Below, in pieces: positions 39,501-52,236 of a stretch of 64,000 nucleotides of DNA. This stretch comes from Cyanophora paradoxa CCMP329. Taxonomy: Eukaryota; Plantae; Glaucophyta. The position numbers and the translations under genes were made by a program. The stretch covers positions 186,001 to 250,000 of the forward strand of contig QPMI01000420.1 in the NCBI GenBank assembly GCA_004431415.1. The letters run 5' to 3'. Position 1 is the stretch's first letter, and each line of letters begins with the position of its first letter. The notes under the pieces were generated by a model. That model did no database searches. It worked only from the letters and a program-made list of their open reading frames with translations, and was not told the DNA's origin.

Positions 39501-42500
39501 CTGCACGCAAACTGCCTCGTTCCGACCGAATCCTGCGCAGCTGTACGGCAAGTTCCTTGTCCACGCGGACGACCACTTCGTGAAGCAGCTCGCCGTGGCG
39601 GCAGTCGGGAAAATCACGGACGTCATTCCCTCCTCGGGGCCGCGCGCCGGCGGCAACATCGTCACCATCGTCGGCACGGGCTTCGCGCACGGCTCGGGGT
39701 TCGACCTCTTCAACGTCTCCCTCTCGGGCACCGAAGTCGCGGAGATCATTTTCGCGGGTCGCGTCGACCTCGCCGGCATCGTCCACAACTTCGCTCCCGA
39801 CACGATCTTAGCGATCGTGCGCGCCGCGCCGGAGAACGAGTGGCTCGTCGACGTCGGGCACGACTACGAGACGGACGTGTACGTGGAGAGCCGCATCTTC
39901 GGCACGACAGTCCTGTACGGGTCGTACACCTACAACGAGCCCATCACCATCACCTCCGTGTACCCGAACGCCGCGCCGGCGACGGGATCCGTGCCCGGGT
40001 TCGATGCTACTTCCGTCTCCTCTTCGATTATAAACACCTCACCTGCGCTTTTCTCTCGCAGCGATGCTGTGGTATTGTTCATTGACTTGTTTGAGGATAT
40101 GGATGTGACCAGCGTCTGGTTCGGGGATGTACCCGCCGAGATCCTGGGACAGGCCGAAGGCGAGATCGTAGTTATCGTGCCTCCTGCCGCCGCCGGCCCG
40201 GGACCCGTCGCGGTCGAGATCGATTCAACGCGGTGTGGTCGTGCGGTTTGGGACGGGTTCGTTTATTCCGACCCGCCAGTGATCGCCGGCTTCGCCCCGC
40301 TCGCCTCGCCGCGCGGACCGGCCTCGGGCCTCAACCTCCTCACGATCATCGTGCGCCATCTGCGCCTGCCCGCCCGCCCTCCTCTTTGACGCTTCCCACA
40401 GGGCCAGCGCCTCTTCAGCGATGACCGCTCCCTTCACGGCGTCTTCCTTTGCGGCGTAGCGGCACTGTCTCCGACCACCGAGTTCCGCGGAGACAACGCC
40501 ACTGTCACTGTCGCCGTTCCGCCGCACGAGCCCGGTCGCTGCAACGTGACCGTCTGCTCGAGCCAGTACGGCTGTGCGACAGTGGACGACGCCTACGAGT
40601 ACGTGGACGCGGGCACGATCCGCAGCTTCTCGCCGTCTTTCGGCGTGGCGGGGACGCGGGTCACCATCAGCGGTTCGAACCTGTTCGATCGCGAGCGGGG
40701 TCGCCTCGACTTCACGTCCATCTTCTTCATCGAGCGCACCTCCTCGACGCCGGCGGCCGGCGAGTCCGCCGACGCGCAGCCGGACTTCGAACTCGTCGTC
40801 GACCTGGCAACGGTCGAGATCCTGGGGCCGGACGCCTTCTCCTTCCGCACGCCGCCGGGCACCCACGGCGTCCTGGACCTCGTCGTCAACTCGCGCACGG
40901 TCGGGCGCTACCGGAAGAACGCCGCGTTCCAGGAGGTCGCCGTGCGCTCCATCGCGCCGGACCGCGGGCCCATCGAGGGCGGCACGCGCGTCACTGTCGT
41001 CGGTCCCCTGCCGTCGTCGGCGGCGATCGACGTTCGCGTTTGCAACGCGTCGATGGCCGTCGAGAGTCGAACACTGGACCCGGCCACGTTCGACACCACC
41101 ATCGTGGCCATCACCGCAAATGCCCGCAACGCGCTCTGCACCATCTCCGGCTCCGTCGCCGACACCGGTTGGCACCATCTCATTCGCGGGACCTTTCGTT
41201 CTTGACACTGCCTGCAGCGGCGAAAGTTGATCTGTTTGTGGACGGGACGCCAGTCGTCTACGAGCCCGCGGCTGTGTTCACACTGCTCGGGATCGGCCGA
41301 GTGGAGCCCTGGCTTGGCTCCCTGCACGGCGGCGAGCTGGTGACGATCACGGTGCGCTCTCGTCTTCTTCCCGCCGTGATCTCTGATCTCTGCCAAGCTG
41401 AACGCGCCATCCGCAGGGCGCGTCGCTGGCGAAGTGCGGCGCGTGCTCCAGCGCCCTGGAGTGCGCCGCGGCCTCGCAGTCTCTCGCCTATTCCGACGCG
41501 GCGGTCTACCTTGCTGGCGTGCCCGCCATTGTCGAGAGCTGGTGCGCACTTCTATCTCGTATGCAGCTTCCTTCTTTGATAGTGCTGAACCGTTCGTGCT
41601 TCAGCGTTTCCTCGAACCAGCTCGTAGTCCGCACCGGCGACGCCTCCGAATACGGTGGAACGGGGCTCGGAAGCGTCGAGATCGAGTCCGATTTCTACGG
41701 CGATTATGCTCTACCGGGGGGGTTCTTTTACTTCGGCATCGAGAACGTGACCTGCTTCCGCTTGAGTGCGGCTCCGGTCGTGCCGAATCCGACGGACGCA
41801 ACCGCAGTCGACTGCGAAGGGTGCGTTGAGTCCACCAGCGCTCTTCGGGCGAAGCGTGACGGGACTTTGAACAGGCACGTTGATGGAGGAACGCTGCTTT
41901 TGCTGCACGGCACCCTTCCGCTCGACGGGGTTGGCCTGGCTTCAGCGCAAGTGTTTGTTGGGGAATCGCCTGCGACGCTCGAGGGCTGGGCTTTCCCGGA
42001 GGACCCCGCGTTCCGACCCGTTTCGGACTCTTCCCGTATCCTCGGCAGCAAAATCCGGCTCCTCGTTCGCACGGGGCCCTCGCGCGAGGCGGGCTTTTCG
42101 CCCGTGCGGGTCGTCGTCACCACCTCCTCCTACGGAGCTGCCCAGGCCTACAACACCAGCACCGACTTCCCCATCGGATTCACGTACGTCACCGTCGAGG
42201 ACTCGTGCTCCTGGAAGGGCGTGGGCGGCCGCGATGCGGGCGACGGGTGCGACTGCGGCGGCGGCTGCTACGGTGCGTCCCCCGGGCTCGTGCGCCGTGC
42301 TCGAGTTTGCGGCGACTGAAGCGTTTCTCAGACCCGGACTGCGGGGATCTCGACGGCGCGGCGGCGAGCTGCCCCGGCGTCGCGCTGTTCCCGTCCGGCG
42401 AGTGCGCATTCTGCCCGCTGCGGGTGCCCACGGCGGGGGAGAAAGAGACCTCGATATACGTCTCGCCCGTCGAGGGGAACGACCGGAAGAACGCGCGCGG

Positions 42501-45500
42501 CGCGTACGAGGCGCCCGTCGCGACGCTCGCGCGCGGCCTGGAGATCCTCGTGCGGCTGGCGGTGAACGGCACCCGCTCTGTCGTCGTCATGCCGGGCCGC
42601 CTTGCTCCGCACGGCGAGGTGCGCCGATCTCCGCTTACTGCCGACGGTTGTGTCGCAAACCAATCCCCGCGTGCGAAGGCCGATGACGCGAACATCCACG
42701 TGTCTTTCGCCGTCCCGAGCGGGCTGCCGTCCGACGCCGTCCTCACCATCCGCGGCCTCAGCGGCTCTAAGTACTCGCTCCTTGACGCCCTTTCCATGGG
42801 CCAGATCCTCTCGATCAACATGGCGGGCTTCAGCGGAAAGCTCGTGATATCGGTATGCCGCAATATTTTCGACAGAGCCTCTTGAGACTAACTAACCACT
42901 TTTGCAGGATATGACGTTCCTCAACGCGCGTCCCTCCGCCTCGCCGCTGGTACACACGATCGGCGCTCCGCACGCGGGTTTCTCCGGCGGCGCCCTCTCC
43001 ATCTACGGAAGCGGCGCCGGCGCCGTCGAGCTCCGCCGCCTGCGCTTCCAGGCCAACATCGCCCACGACTGGTCTCGGCCCTCCTTCAGCGGCTCGGTCG
43101 GAGGCGGCGCCCTCTTCGTATCGGGCGTCGCGTCGCTGTCGGTCGCAGACTGCGAGTTCGAGGGGAACGCGTACGTGAGAATGGCCGGCGCCGTGCCTGG
43201 CACCACTGGCTGGGCTTCGGGCGGCGGCTCCGTCAACGTCTCGCACGTCGGCACGGTTGACTTTGCTCGCGTCTCCTTCGCCGGCGACCGCAGCGACTGG
43301 GGCGGGGGCAGCCTTGCCCTCTCCGACGTGGCGAATCTGACGCTCCACTCCGTCGCCTTTGAGCGCGGCCGCGCGCCGCACGGCGCCGGCGGCTGCCTCC
43401 ACGCCCGCTCGGTCGGCTCCGTGCGGGCGACGAACGTCAGCTTCGTGAACTGCAGCGCTATGCGCGGCGGAGCGGCGTTCGCCGAGTCGATTTCACGGCT
43501 CTCGTTCGAGGACTCCGTGTGGCGGAACTCGTCGGCTCTCGAGCGGGGCGGCGCGGCGGCGTTCACGCAGGTCGGCGCGGCCCACTTCGACCAGTGTGAG
43601 TTCGCGAACAACGCGCTGGACGACGCGGACGAGGCGCGCAAGCAGCAGGCGCTCCTCTCCGTCGACTCGATTGGCGGCGGCGCCCTCTCGTTCGAGTCGG
43701 GCTCGCTCACGCTGCTGGACTCGTCCGCGGTCCACATCGACGGGTGCGCCTTCGAGGACAACGAAGACCGCATGGGCGACGACCGCTCCAAGCGTGGCGG
43801 CGGCGCGATCCGCACGCGCGGCATCGGGACTCTGTCCGTCTCTGGCTCCTCCTTCCTCCGCAACCGCGCTCAGTCCGGCGGCGCAGTGCGTCTCGTCTCC
43901 CGCGTTCTCCCAGGCCTGTCGCCGCACTTACTTCGTTTCGCAGATTTCTGGTACGCTGCGGAGCCTCCTGATCGAAGGCTCCGCGTTTAGCGAAAACGGC
44001 TGGGGCTCGCGCGCGCCTGGCGGTCGCGCCACCGACGGTGGCGCGATCAGCGTGGAGGCTTCCGTCGAGGTCGCCATCGAGCGCTCCTCGTTCGTCGCGA
44101 ACGTGGGCCGGACCGCGGGCGCACTGCAGGCGAGTTTCCTGCAGGAAGAGACAGCGCTCGGCGACGCGGTTTCCGTCCGCTCGCGCCTGCCGGTCCTCCT
44201 GCACGCGGTCCTCTTCGCCAACCACTCCGTGTCCGAGAGCGGCGGCTGCGTCGTGCCGACGCTGGTCGAGATGAACGCGACGGCCGTGCGCTTCGAAGGC
44301 AACGTCGCCGAGCTCCGCGGCGGCGCCGTCGCCGCGACCGACGCGCGCTCCCTCCTCGCGTTCACCGCGTGCGCTTTCGTCGGCAACAAGGCCAAGGACG
44401 GGGCGGCGCTCAGCTCGCAGGGCACGAACGCGATCGTCGTGTCCTCGTCCGCGTTCTCTCGCAACGAGGCTGGGTGCGCGCCGACTCGACGCGTTTGTCC
44501 CACTTGAGCTGACGCTTGAACGGCCAGGGACGTTGGGGTGCGGATGGAGAGATTATTAGATGGTGTTCTAAAGCATCGTTAGCTGACGATAGGAATCGCA
44601 GGGTGCGATCCACAAGGAGAACGGCGACTTGACCGTCCGGTCCTCCTCCTTCGATTCGAACCTGGCGTCCGCCTCTGGAGGTGCGAATTCGATCTTGGCG
44701 GTGTGTACGCGCTGCGGCGCTTGCTTAAAGTTTTGCAGGTGCCGTGTACGCGTCGGACGGTGCCGGCGCTCTCGACTTCGACGACTGCACCTTCACCAGG
44801 TGATACGATTTCATTTCTCTGTTTCGTGTTTTCCTTCCACGGTTGACGAGCCCGTCTAGTAACCGCGCCGCGGAGAGTGGAGGCGCCGCGGCCTTTGTGT
44901 TCCGATCTCGGCCTGTATTCCGCGGCTGCCGATTCCGCTCGAACGTAGCGGAAACGAACGGCGGCGGCGTCTGGTGCGTGAAGACCGCTCAGTGCACCCT
45001 TGTCGACAGCTGGCTGCTGTCGGGCTCTGCCCGCGACGGGGTGCGACCCCGCTCTTGTTTCCTTGTTTCCGCGTCTTTTCGAAGAGATTCCGCAGGGCGC
45101 CGTCTATGCGGACCAGACCGCTGTCGTGGTGCTCAACGGCACTTCGATCCTCGGGAATTTTGCGGAGCGCGTCGGAGGCGGACTTTACGCAGGGAGCAAG
45201 GCGAACGTTCGGATGCAGCGCTGCAACGTCTCCGAGAACCAATCGCTGAGGGTGCGTTGCGGTGCTTCACAGTTTCCGCAAATCCTCCGTCTTCTCATCG
45301 TTCGCATTGGGGCTTGAATGTAGGGGGCGGGGCTTTACACGGAGGGCGAGTCTTCGACGGAGGCGTCGGACCTGCTCCTCCTCGGCAACGTGGCTGCGAG
45401 CCGCGGGAAGGAGGCGGCGCCGGACGGAACCGGCGGCGGAGCGTGCCTGGCCGGCACCTCGTCGTTCCGGCTGCTGCCCGAGTCGCGCGTCGCGAACAAC

Positions 45501-48500
45501 CGCGCCGACCGCGGGGCGGGAGTCTCCATCCTGGATTCAGCCCGCTTCGAGGCGGGCGAGGCGGAGACGGCGGCTGCAGTCCCCGCGCCCCGCGGCCGTC
45601 GCCAGCTCCAGGCCGCCGTCAGTGTCCTAATCGGCTCGAACACAGCGGTCAGCTCCGGCGGCGGCGTCCTCCAGTCGGGCGGCGTGCTCCGGCTTCTCGC
45701 GGGCACGGAGCTGGTGGACAACCAGGCGGGCAGCCGCGGCGGCGGCCTCAGCTACGAGCGGGGCGCCCTGACGCTCGCCGGGACCGTCATATCGTACAAC
45801 CACGCGACGGACGGCGCCGGCGCGTACATCCGGCCGGGCTCGTGCGACTCGATCAGCATCAAGGGCGCCAGCATCGTCGGCAACGAGGCCTCGGGCGGGG
45901 GAGGTGCGCCGCTCTCTCGAGCTCCCATTCCCAACATCCGAATTTCCGCTCAATTTCCGTGTGCGAAGGCGCTTTCTTTGTGGACGCAAGCGACCCGATG
46001 AAGTGCGCGCCGTTCGCCGCGATGGCGGATGGCTCTTCCGAGTACTTCACGACGCTGTCCGGTGAACGCTTCTTGTACATGTGGTCGCAACCGCATACTT
46101 TCTTTCGTGATTTCTGATCCCCGATCTCGCGCGCAGGAAACAAGGGCCGCTTCGGCTCTACCATCGCCGCCGTTCCGAAGACCCTCGTCGTGGATGGTCC
46201 GCTGGATCCGGAGAAGTGCGAACGAATTCGAAGCGCGCCGTCCTCGTTTCCGTCCGTCTTCTCACGATCCCGACCCCGCAGCCCGCGCAACAAGACGATC
46301 CTCGCGTCCCGCGCGGCGCTGCTGTACCGCCTGACCATCGTGGACAGCCTCGGCCAGGTCGTCCGCACCGCCACGGGCGCCGTCGTCCGGGTGCGCCGCG
46401 TTTCGTCGCGCTTCTTTGCCCCGCTCGCTCGCTCGCTCCCACTCACGGATCGCAGGCGGCGGCGACGCCCGTTAACGGCTCCGCCCCGGCGGCCAACGTT
46501 GGTGCGCCCACCTCGAGCAGGCTTGAGCGTCTTGTTGGCTTCGCTGACGGCCGCGGGTCGTTTGGGATCGATCACGCAGCTGGCACATCGCAGACGGCGG
46601 CGGTCGAGGGCGCCGCGGAGATGCGGGACCTCCAGATCATCTCCCAGCCCGGCGCGCGCGTCGCCGTCACCTTCTCGGCGACGTTCTCCGACGGCCTCGT
46701 CCTCTCCACGACGCTGGTGATGACTATGCGCCAGGTCGGCCCTTCTCAGAGAATCGCTGGAGCTTGAGCCTGACGCCCTCGCAGTGCATGCGGGGGGAGG
46801 TGAGCGAGCTCAACGAGGGCTACTGCGTCGCCTGCTCGTACTGCCAGCTGTGAGCTCGAACGCCCGTCCCTCGGCCAACTTTGTTTCGGCTTATGGCGCT
46901 GCGTGCACGTGCACAGCTGCGCGCCCGGCTTTTTCTCGCTGGAGGACAAGAACTTCGCCGGCAAGAGCTGCATCGTGCGCTCTCGCGCTTCTCCGTCTGT
47001 TCGCGCCGCCCTCTTAAACGTCTTTTGCGCAGCCGTGCCCGCAAGGGGCGGACTGCTCGCGGGGCGGCGCCGACGTCCGGCCGGCCTCGGGCTACTGGCA
47101 GAGCCCGTACGAGCCCGGCCGCTTCATCCAATGCGTCAACCGCGCCTGCCGCCACGTGCGCACCCGCTCTCAGCTGTGTCGCTCCGCTCTTCTCTCAGCT
47201 GTTTCCTTGGCGGCAGGACTACGCGGAGGCGGTCCTGAAGCAAAAAGGCGCCGCGAGCATGCTCGCGCTCAACATCACGCAGTCCGAGTTCGTGGCCACC
47301 GCCCAGCCCTGCTTCGACGGTGCGCTCCGCATCCTCATGCTTCTTCTTTTCTTACCGCCCCACTCCGAACTTCTTCGCGGCAGGCTACGGGGGCAACCTG
47401 TGCACCGTGTGCGCGCCGAACTACGGGCGGCGCAACGACTTCGACTGCGGCCTCTGCCCGGACCCGAGCACCGCCCGCCTCATCGCCGCCTTCGTCGTGC
47501 GCGGCGCGATGCTGCCCCTTACTCTCCTAGTCTTATTCTCTTACTCTTATTCCCCCTCGCAGGTCTTCTTCCTCCTCCTGGTGGCGACGTACATGATCCG
47601 CAAGCACATCAAGGACGTGATGGTCGGCATCCGCGAGAATCGCTCCGGCATCATGCGTGCGCGCGCGCGCCGCGGCCGGCCGGCCGGCTCGGCTCTCCGT
47701 TTTCCCCGGTTCTCGCGCGCGGCCTTACACGCGCACATCTTCCGCGTTTCTTCCGGATCCGCAGTGAAGATAGGCGTGGACTACCTGCAGATCGTGTCGC
47801 TGGCCAAGGGCTTCCAGATCCGCTGGCCCAACATCGTCAGGGAGGCCTTCGACGTGAGTGATTACCCAGTCCCCTCTTCCTCCCTGCCGTCGCCTGCGCC
47901 TGAGCATCCTCGTCCATCCCGCGCCCCCCGCCCCGCCCCTCTGCAGATCCAGACGGGGATCGCGGCGCCGCTGGACAGCTTCGGGTTCATCTCCTTCGAC
48001 TGCATGGTGCCGGAGCCGTCCCCGTTCTCGTTCCCGCGCGCCCTCTCACGTGCACATCGCTCCCGTTTCTTCCGGATCCGCAGTTCGACCTCAACTCCCT
48101 TAGCGGCTTCGTCCGCCCCTTCTACGCCCGAGTGCTCGGCTTTGTGCGCACGGACTTTTATTTGTTTGTTTATCCGATTCAAGCTTCTAGATCTTTTTGA
48201 TCGCGCGCCTCCTTCTTACTTGCTCGCGCGCCGCCGCTCAGATCTTCTCGATCCCGCTGCTGTGCTTCGCGGTGCCCTGCGTCGTCTTCCTGCCCCCCGT
48301 CTGGTACCGCGCCCAGGCCTGGTGGCAGCGCAAGCCCTACAGCCCCGCCACGGTGCCGGCGCTCCGCGCTCGCTCACGCGCCACGCGCTCCCCTTCCCCG
48401 CTCGCTCACCCGCTCGCTTCTCCTGGCGCCGCGCAGTTCGTGAAGATGAGGAAGCTCTCCAAGAACTACTACGTCGTCTGCGTCCTCGTCTCCCTCTACC

Positions 48501-51500
48501 TGGTCCGAAGCCTCTCAAGGTTTCTCGCGATTTCTCTCAAGCGCGGGGCGGCGTGGCGTGCGTGCAGGTGTACCCGCAGATCACGCAGCGCATGTTCAAG
48601 CTCTTCACTTGCAAGGACCTGGGCGGCGGCCGGGCCTTCCTCCAGTCCGACATGGAGGTCCTCGCCCCGAGCCCCGCCCCGCCCCGCCCCGCCGCCCCGC
48701 CCGCCCTCTCGGCGGGGACCTAAAGCTAAAGCTCAAGCGAAGCTAAAGCTAAAGGATGTAGAGCCGGGCCGGGGGCCGCTATGTATGGCTAGGCCGGGCA
48801 GCTGTTCACTTCACTAACGCCGGAGCGCCCGCCCCGCCCCGCCGCAGGTGGACTGCAACACGTGGATGTTCAAGGCGTGGCAGTTCTTCCTCGGCGTCCC
48901 CGCCTCCCTGTCCGCCCCCGCCCCGCCCCCGCACCGCCCCCCGCCCCCGCCCCCGCCCCCGCCCCCCGCCCCCCGCTCACCGCTCATCGTTCGCCCCTGC
49001 AGGGTGTACGGGATCGGCATACCCCTCGCCGCCTTCTTTGTGAGCCGCGCCCGCCCCCGTCGACTGCGCACGCCACGCCACGCCTCCGCGTCGAACGACG
49101 TCGGCCGACCTTGCGGGGCAGATCCTGTACCGGCACCGGCACCGCCTGGACGACCCCGAGGTCATGCACCGCTACTCCTTCCTCTACCGCGGGTCCGCCA
49201 GCCCGCCCGCCCCCTGCCTGCTTGTTTCTCCATCGCTTCAGATAGATAGATAGAAGCGGCTTTCCCGGTTCGTGGTAGAGGGCTGGGCTGACGGCGGGGC
49301 GCCGTGGCGTGGCGGGCAGGTACGAGCGGCGGTGCTGGTACTGGGAGATCGTCGTCATCGCGCGCAAGCTCACCATCGCCCTCGTCGTCTCCGTCCTCGA
49401 CGGGCGCCCCCAGATCCAGGCCCGCGCCCCCTGCCCCCGCACGCCTTCGCCTCTGGGACCCTCGAGCCCAACAAACGAACATCCTTAGAGACCCTGCGCC
49501 GTCTCCTTTCACACGCCGCCCGGTCTCTGACGAGGGGGCGCGCACGCGCAGGGGCTGGTGGGCCTGGGGGTGCTGATCGTGGCGCTGACGGTGAACATGA
49601 AGCTGGAGCCGTGGGACTCCGACCTCCTCGACGTCCTCGACCTCGCCTGTGCGCGCGGGAAGGAAGGAAACCGGACGCTAGAAGCTAGAAACGCCGACTG
49701 CCGTCTCCGGCTCCGGCCTCGCCTGCTTCTAGAGCCGCCCCCGGCCCAGCCTCGCCATCGCGGCCTGGCCCGCGCCGCCCTGGCTTTAGCTTCTCCCGCC
49801 CCTCTTAGTCAACCTCCTCGACGTTCTGGACCTCGCCTGTGCGCGCGCGGGGGGGGAGAAGGAAAGAAACCGGGAGCCGGGAGCTAGAAACGCGGGATGA
49901 GAGAGAGCTTGAACTATGCGCGATAAGCTATGAATCAAACCAAAAGAAGAGACGAGGAACTAGAGGCGTGTTTCTAGAGCCGTCCCCGGCCTCGCCTTCG
50001 CCGCCCGGCCCGCCCGCTCTGGATCCCACCTTCCGCCTCTCTTGAGGCCGACCGGCGGACCCGCGACCCCCCTCTCGGTCACTAATTCAATCTCCTCTCG
50101 TCCTTTCGCGCGCAGCGATCACGGTCTCAAGCGCGACGGTCTACGCAGGCCTCTTCTTCTACAGGTCCGCTACAGAAGCTAGAAGAAGTTAGAGGCTAGG
50201 AGATAGGAGAAGCTGGGAGCTAGAAGCTATGTCTTCTACAGGTCAACTAGAACTATAAGCAGGCGCCGGCGACGCCGCGAGGGGCGTTCGTTTGGTTCGG
50301 CTCGGTTTGGCTGAGGCGGGCCCCGGGCCCCGGGCGGCAGCGAGGAGATGACGGGGGTGGACGAGGCCATCGTGACGTACTTCCTGTGCGCCCCGTTTCC
50401 GCCGAGGTTTCCGCGCAGAGATTTCTAACGGAACCGCGCCCGCCTCCGCGCAGGCTCGTGGCGAATGTGCGCTGCGCTGGATGCCCAGGGCGTTAGAGAC
50501 GGCTGACGTCGCGCCGTCCGGCGGGCGGGCGGGCGGGCGGGCCTTCTGACTTCGCGTTCTGACTTCGCGTTTTGCCTTCGCGCCGCCTTCAGGTCCTCTT
50601 CATCCTCTTCTTCTTCATCGTGTACTTCCGGGAGCAGGCCTCCAAGCTCCTCGAGCGCGCCGCCCGCAGGGTCCGCCCCGCCCCGCCCCGCCCCGCCCCG
50701 CCCTGCCACGTGCAGCGGGCGGGGGCGACTAGCGACGAGCCCCGCCGGATGCGGCGGCGAAGACCTCCTCTGTCCGCCTGAGCTCTGAGCTTCGGCTTTC
50801 GCCGCAGTCGGAGGGGGTACGGCGCTTCCGAGAGGCCCTCTACCAGCGCCTCGAGTGCGGCCCCCCACCCCGCCCGCCCGCCCGCCCGCTCGTGCCAAGG
50901 GCCAGCGCCGGAGCCCCGCCCCGCCCCGCCCGCCCGGAGCCAGCCGCGCGCACCGCGCTCGCTCGCTGAGAGCCTTCCCTCACTCGCTCGCCTCCCGCGC
51001 CCCCCGCAGCGCGATGAAGGGGCAGTGGGCGCTGGTGGCGAAGCTCGACGAGCTCTTCTCCGGCCACAACGACGGCAAGGTCCGCCTCCTGAGCCGAGCA
51101 TTATCTGAGCTAAGCTTAGCATAAGCTAGCTAAGCAAGCATAGCTTTGCGGCACGGCCTCGCTGGGCGCCGGCTGGCCTGGGGCCGGGGCCCTGACCTCT
51201 GCCCTGCGCAGACGGCGCGGCGGACGACGCGCCGCGTGCACCCCGCGTCGACCTTCGGCAGCGCGGCGGCGGAGGGCGAGCCTGCCTTTGACATGCTCGC
51301 CGGCCTCGACAAGACCGAGGGGGGGCCGGGGCCGGCGCCCGTGCAGCGGCAGCCGTCGCTCAAGCTGAAGGCGCCGTCTGCGAGCAAGGTCGCGCCGGCC
51401 GTGGTCGTTGCCCCGGCGCCGGCGCCGGCGCCGGCGCCGCGGCTGGCGGAGGAGCGGCCGGGCCCCGATTCGTCCCTCTCGGCGCGCTCGTGGGACGAGG

Positions 51501-52236
51501 AGAGCGGCAGCGACGGGCACAGCGGCGAGGGCGGCGAGGGCGATGGGGGCGGGCGCCCGCGCTCCCGCGGGGGCGCCACCTGGGCCCCTCGATCTCCGAG
51601 GGCGGCCCGGGCGCTGTCTTCAGCGTCGTCCGCCTCGAAGCGGCGCCGGAGCCGGAGCCGGAGCCGGCCTCGCAGCCGCCGCTGTACGGGCGGGCCGCCC
51701 TGTACGCCGGCGACGGCCTCGCATCCGCGCCCGCGCCCGCGCCCGCGCCCGCCGCCGGGGACGGCGACCTTGAGCTCGCGGCGCGGGACGAGGAGGAGGA
51801 CGGCGCCGCTGCCCGCCGTCCCGGGCCAGCGGCTGCGCGGCCGCCGCCGCCGCCGGCGCGGGGTCGCCGGATCATCCTGCCCTCGGTGGCGGCGCACGTG
51901 CGGCAGGACTCGGCGCTGCGTGAGGCCTCGGGCCCTCCCTCGCCCGACGCGGCGCCGCCGGATCCCGCCGCCGGGACGGGCAGCAGCGGCAGCAGCAGCA
52001 GCACCCGCAGAAGCAGCAGCGCCGGGCGCGGCGGCGCCGGACCCTCCTCCTTCTCCTCCACCCGTCTCGGGATCGACGCGGGGCCCTGGGCGCCGCCGGC
52101 CGCCGCCGCTGCCACCGCCGCCGCTGCCGCCGCCGCCGCCGCGCCGGCGTCGCGAGTCGCTCCGCCCCGCACGCCCTCGATGCAGAAACTCGACCTTTCC
52201 ATCCTCGAGGAGTCGATGCGCCGCGGCCCTTCCTAG
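18518..52236 (+). CDS. Giant receptor-like membrane protein: signal/anchor, 5 CUB-like super-repeats, IPT/TIG array, beta-helix (Pmp-like GGA[ILV]/FxxN repeats), Cys-rich region, multi-TM domain, disordered tail
   Basis: ATG 18518 is followed by hydrophobic ALSLLLLGLLALLAAQMGHC. Same-strand exons run on with no obvious intergenic gap. TM region contains KIGVDYLQIVSL, YPQITQRMFKLFTC and YSFLYRGYERRCWYWEIVVIARKL. Not every exon was traced, so it could be split into more than one gene. The stop depends on a suspected frameshift near 51545. Confidence 0.7.
18700..38420 (+). repeat. Five tandem ~3.4-4.3 kb coding super-repeats of CUB-like domains plus a partial sixth
   Basis: Ordered anchors recur five times: GP[ML]x.E..x.C[YF] (~19773, 23848, 27252, 31075, 35242); P.WP...P..C (~20095, 24165, 27585, 31405, 35575); QP[YFH]..DRLRI...FSEPSY[FY]P followed by W.TD......E.GFR[LF].W (~22068, 26026, 29375, 33384, 37685). 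Confidence 0.88.
39600..42190 (+). other. Array of about 7 IPT/TIG domains within the giant gene
   Basis: ITDVIPSSGPRAGGNIVTIVGTGF; ITSVYPNAAPATG; IAGFAP...GPASGLNLLTI; IRSFSPSFGVAGTRVTISGSNL; VRSIAPDRGPIEGGTRVTVVG; IGRVEPWLGSLHGGELVTITG; VDGGTLLLLHG. Confidence 0.85.
42450..46000 (+). other. Right-handed beta-helix (pectin lyase-like / polymorphic membrane protein repeat) region within the giant gene
   Basis: Repeated GGAL/GGAI/GGAV motifs alternating with F.xN (FQAN, FEGN, FANN, FEDN, FLRN, FVGN, FRSN). Confidence 0.85.

Noticed and set aside
42450-46000. Bacterial (chlamydial Pmp/autotransporter) horizontal transfer
   Set aside because: The region is intron-containing, has no beta-barrel, and this repeat type is widespread in protist membrane proteins.
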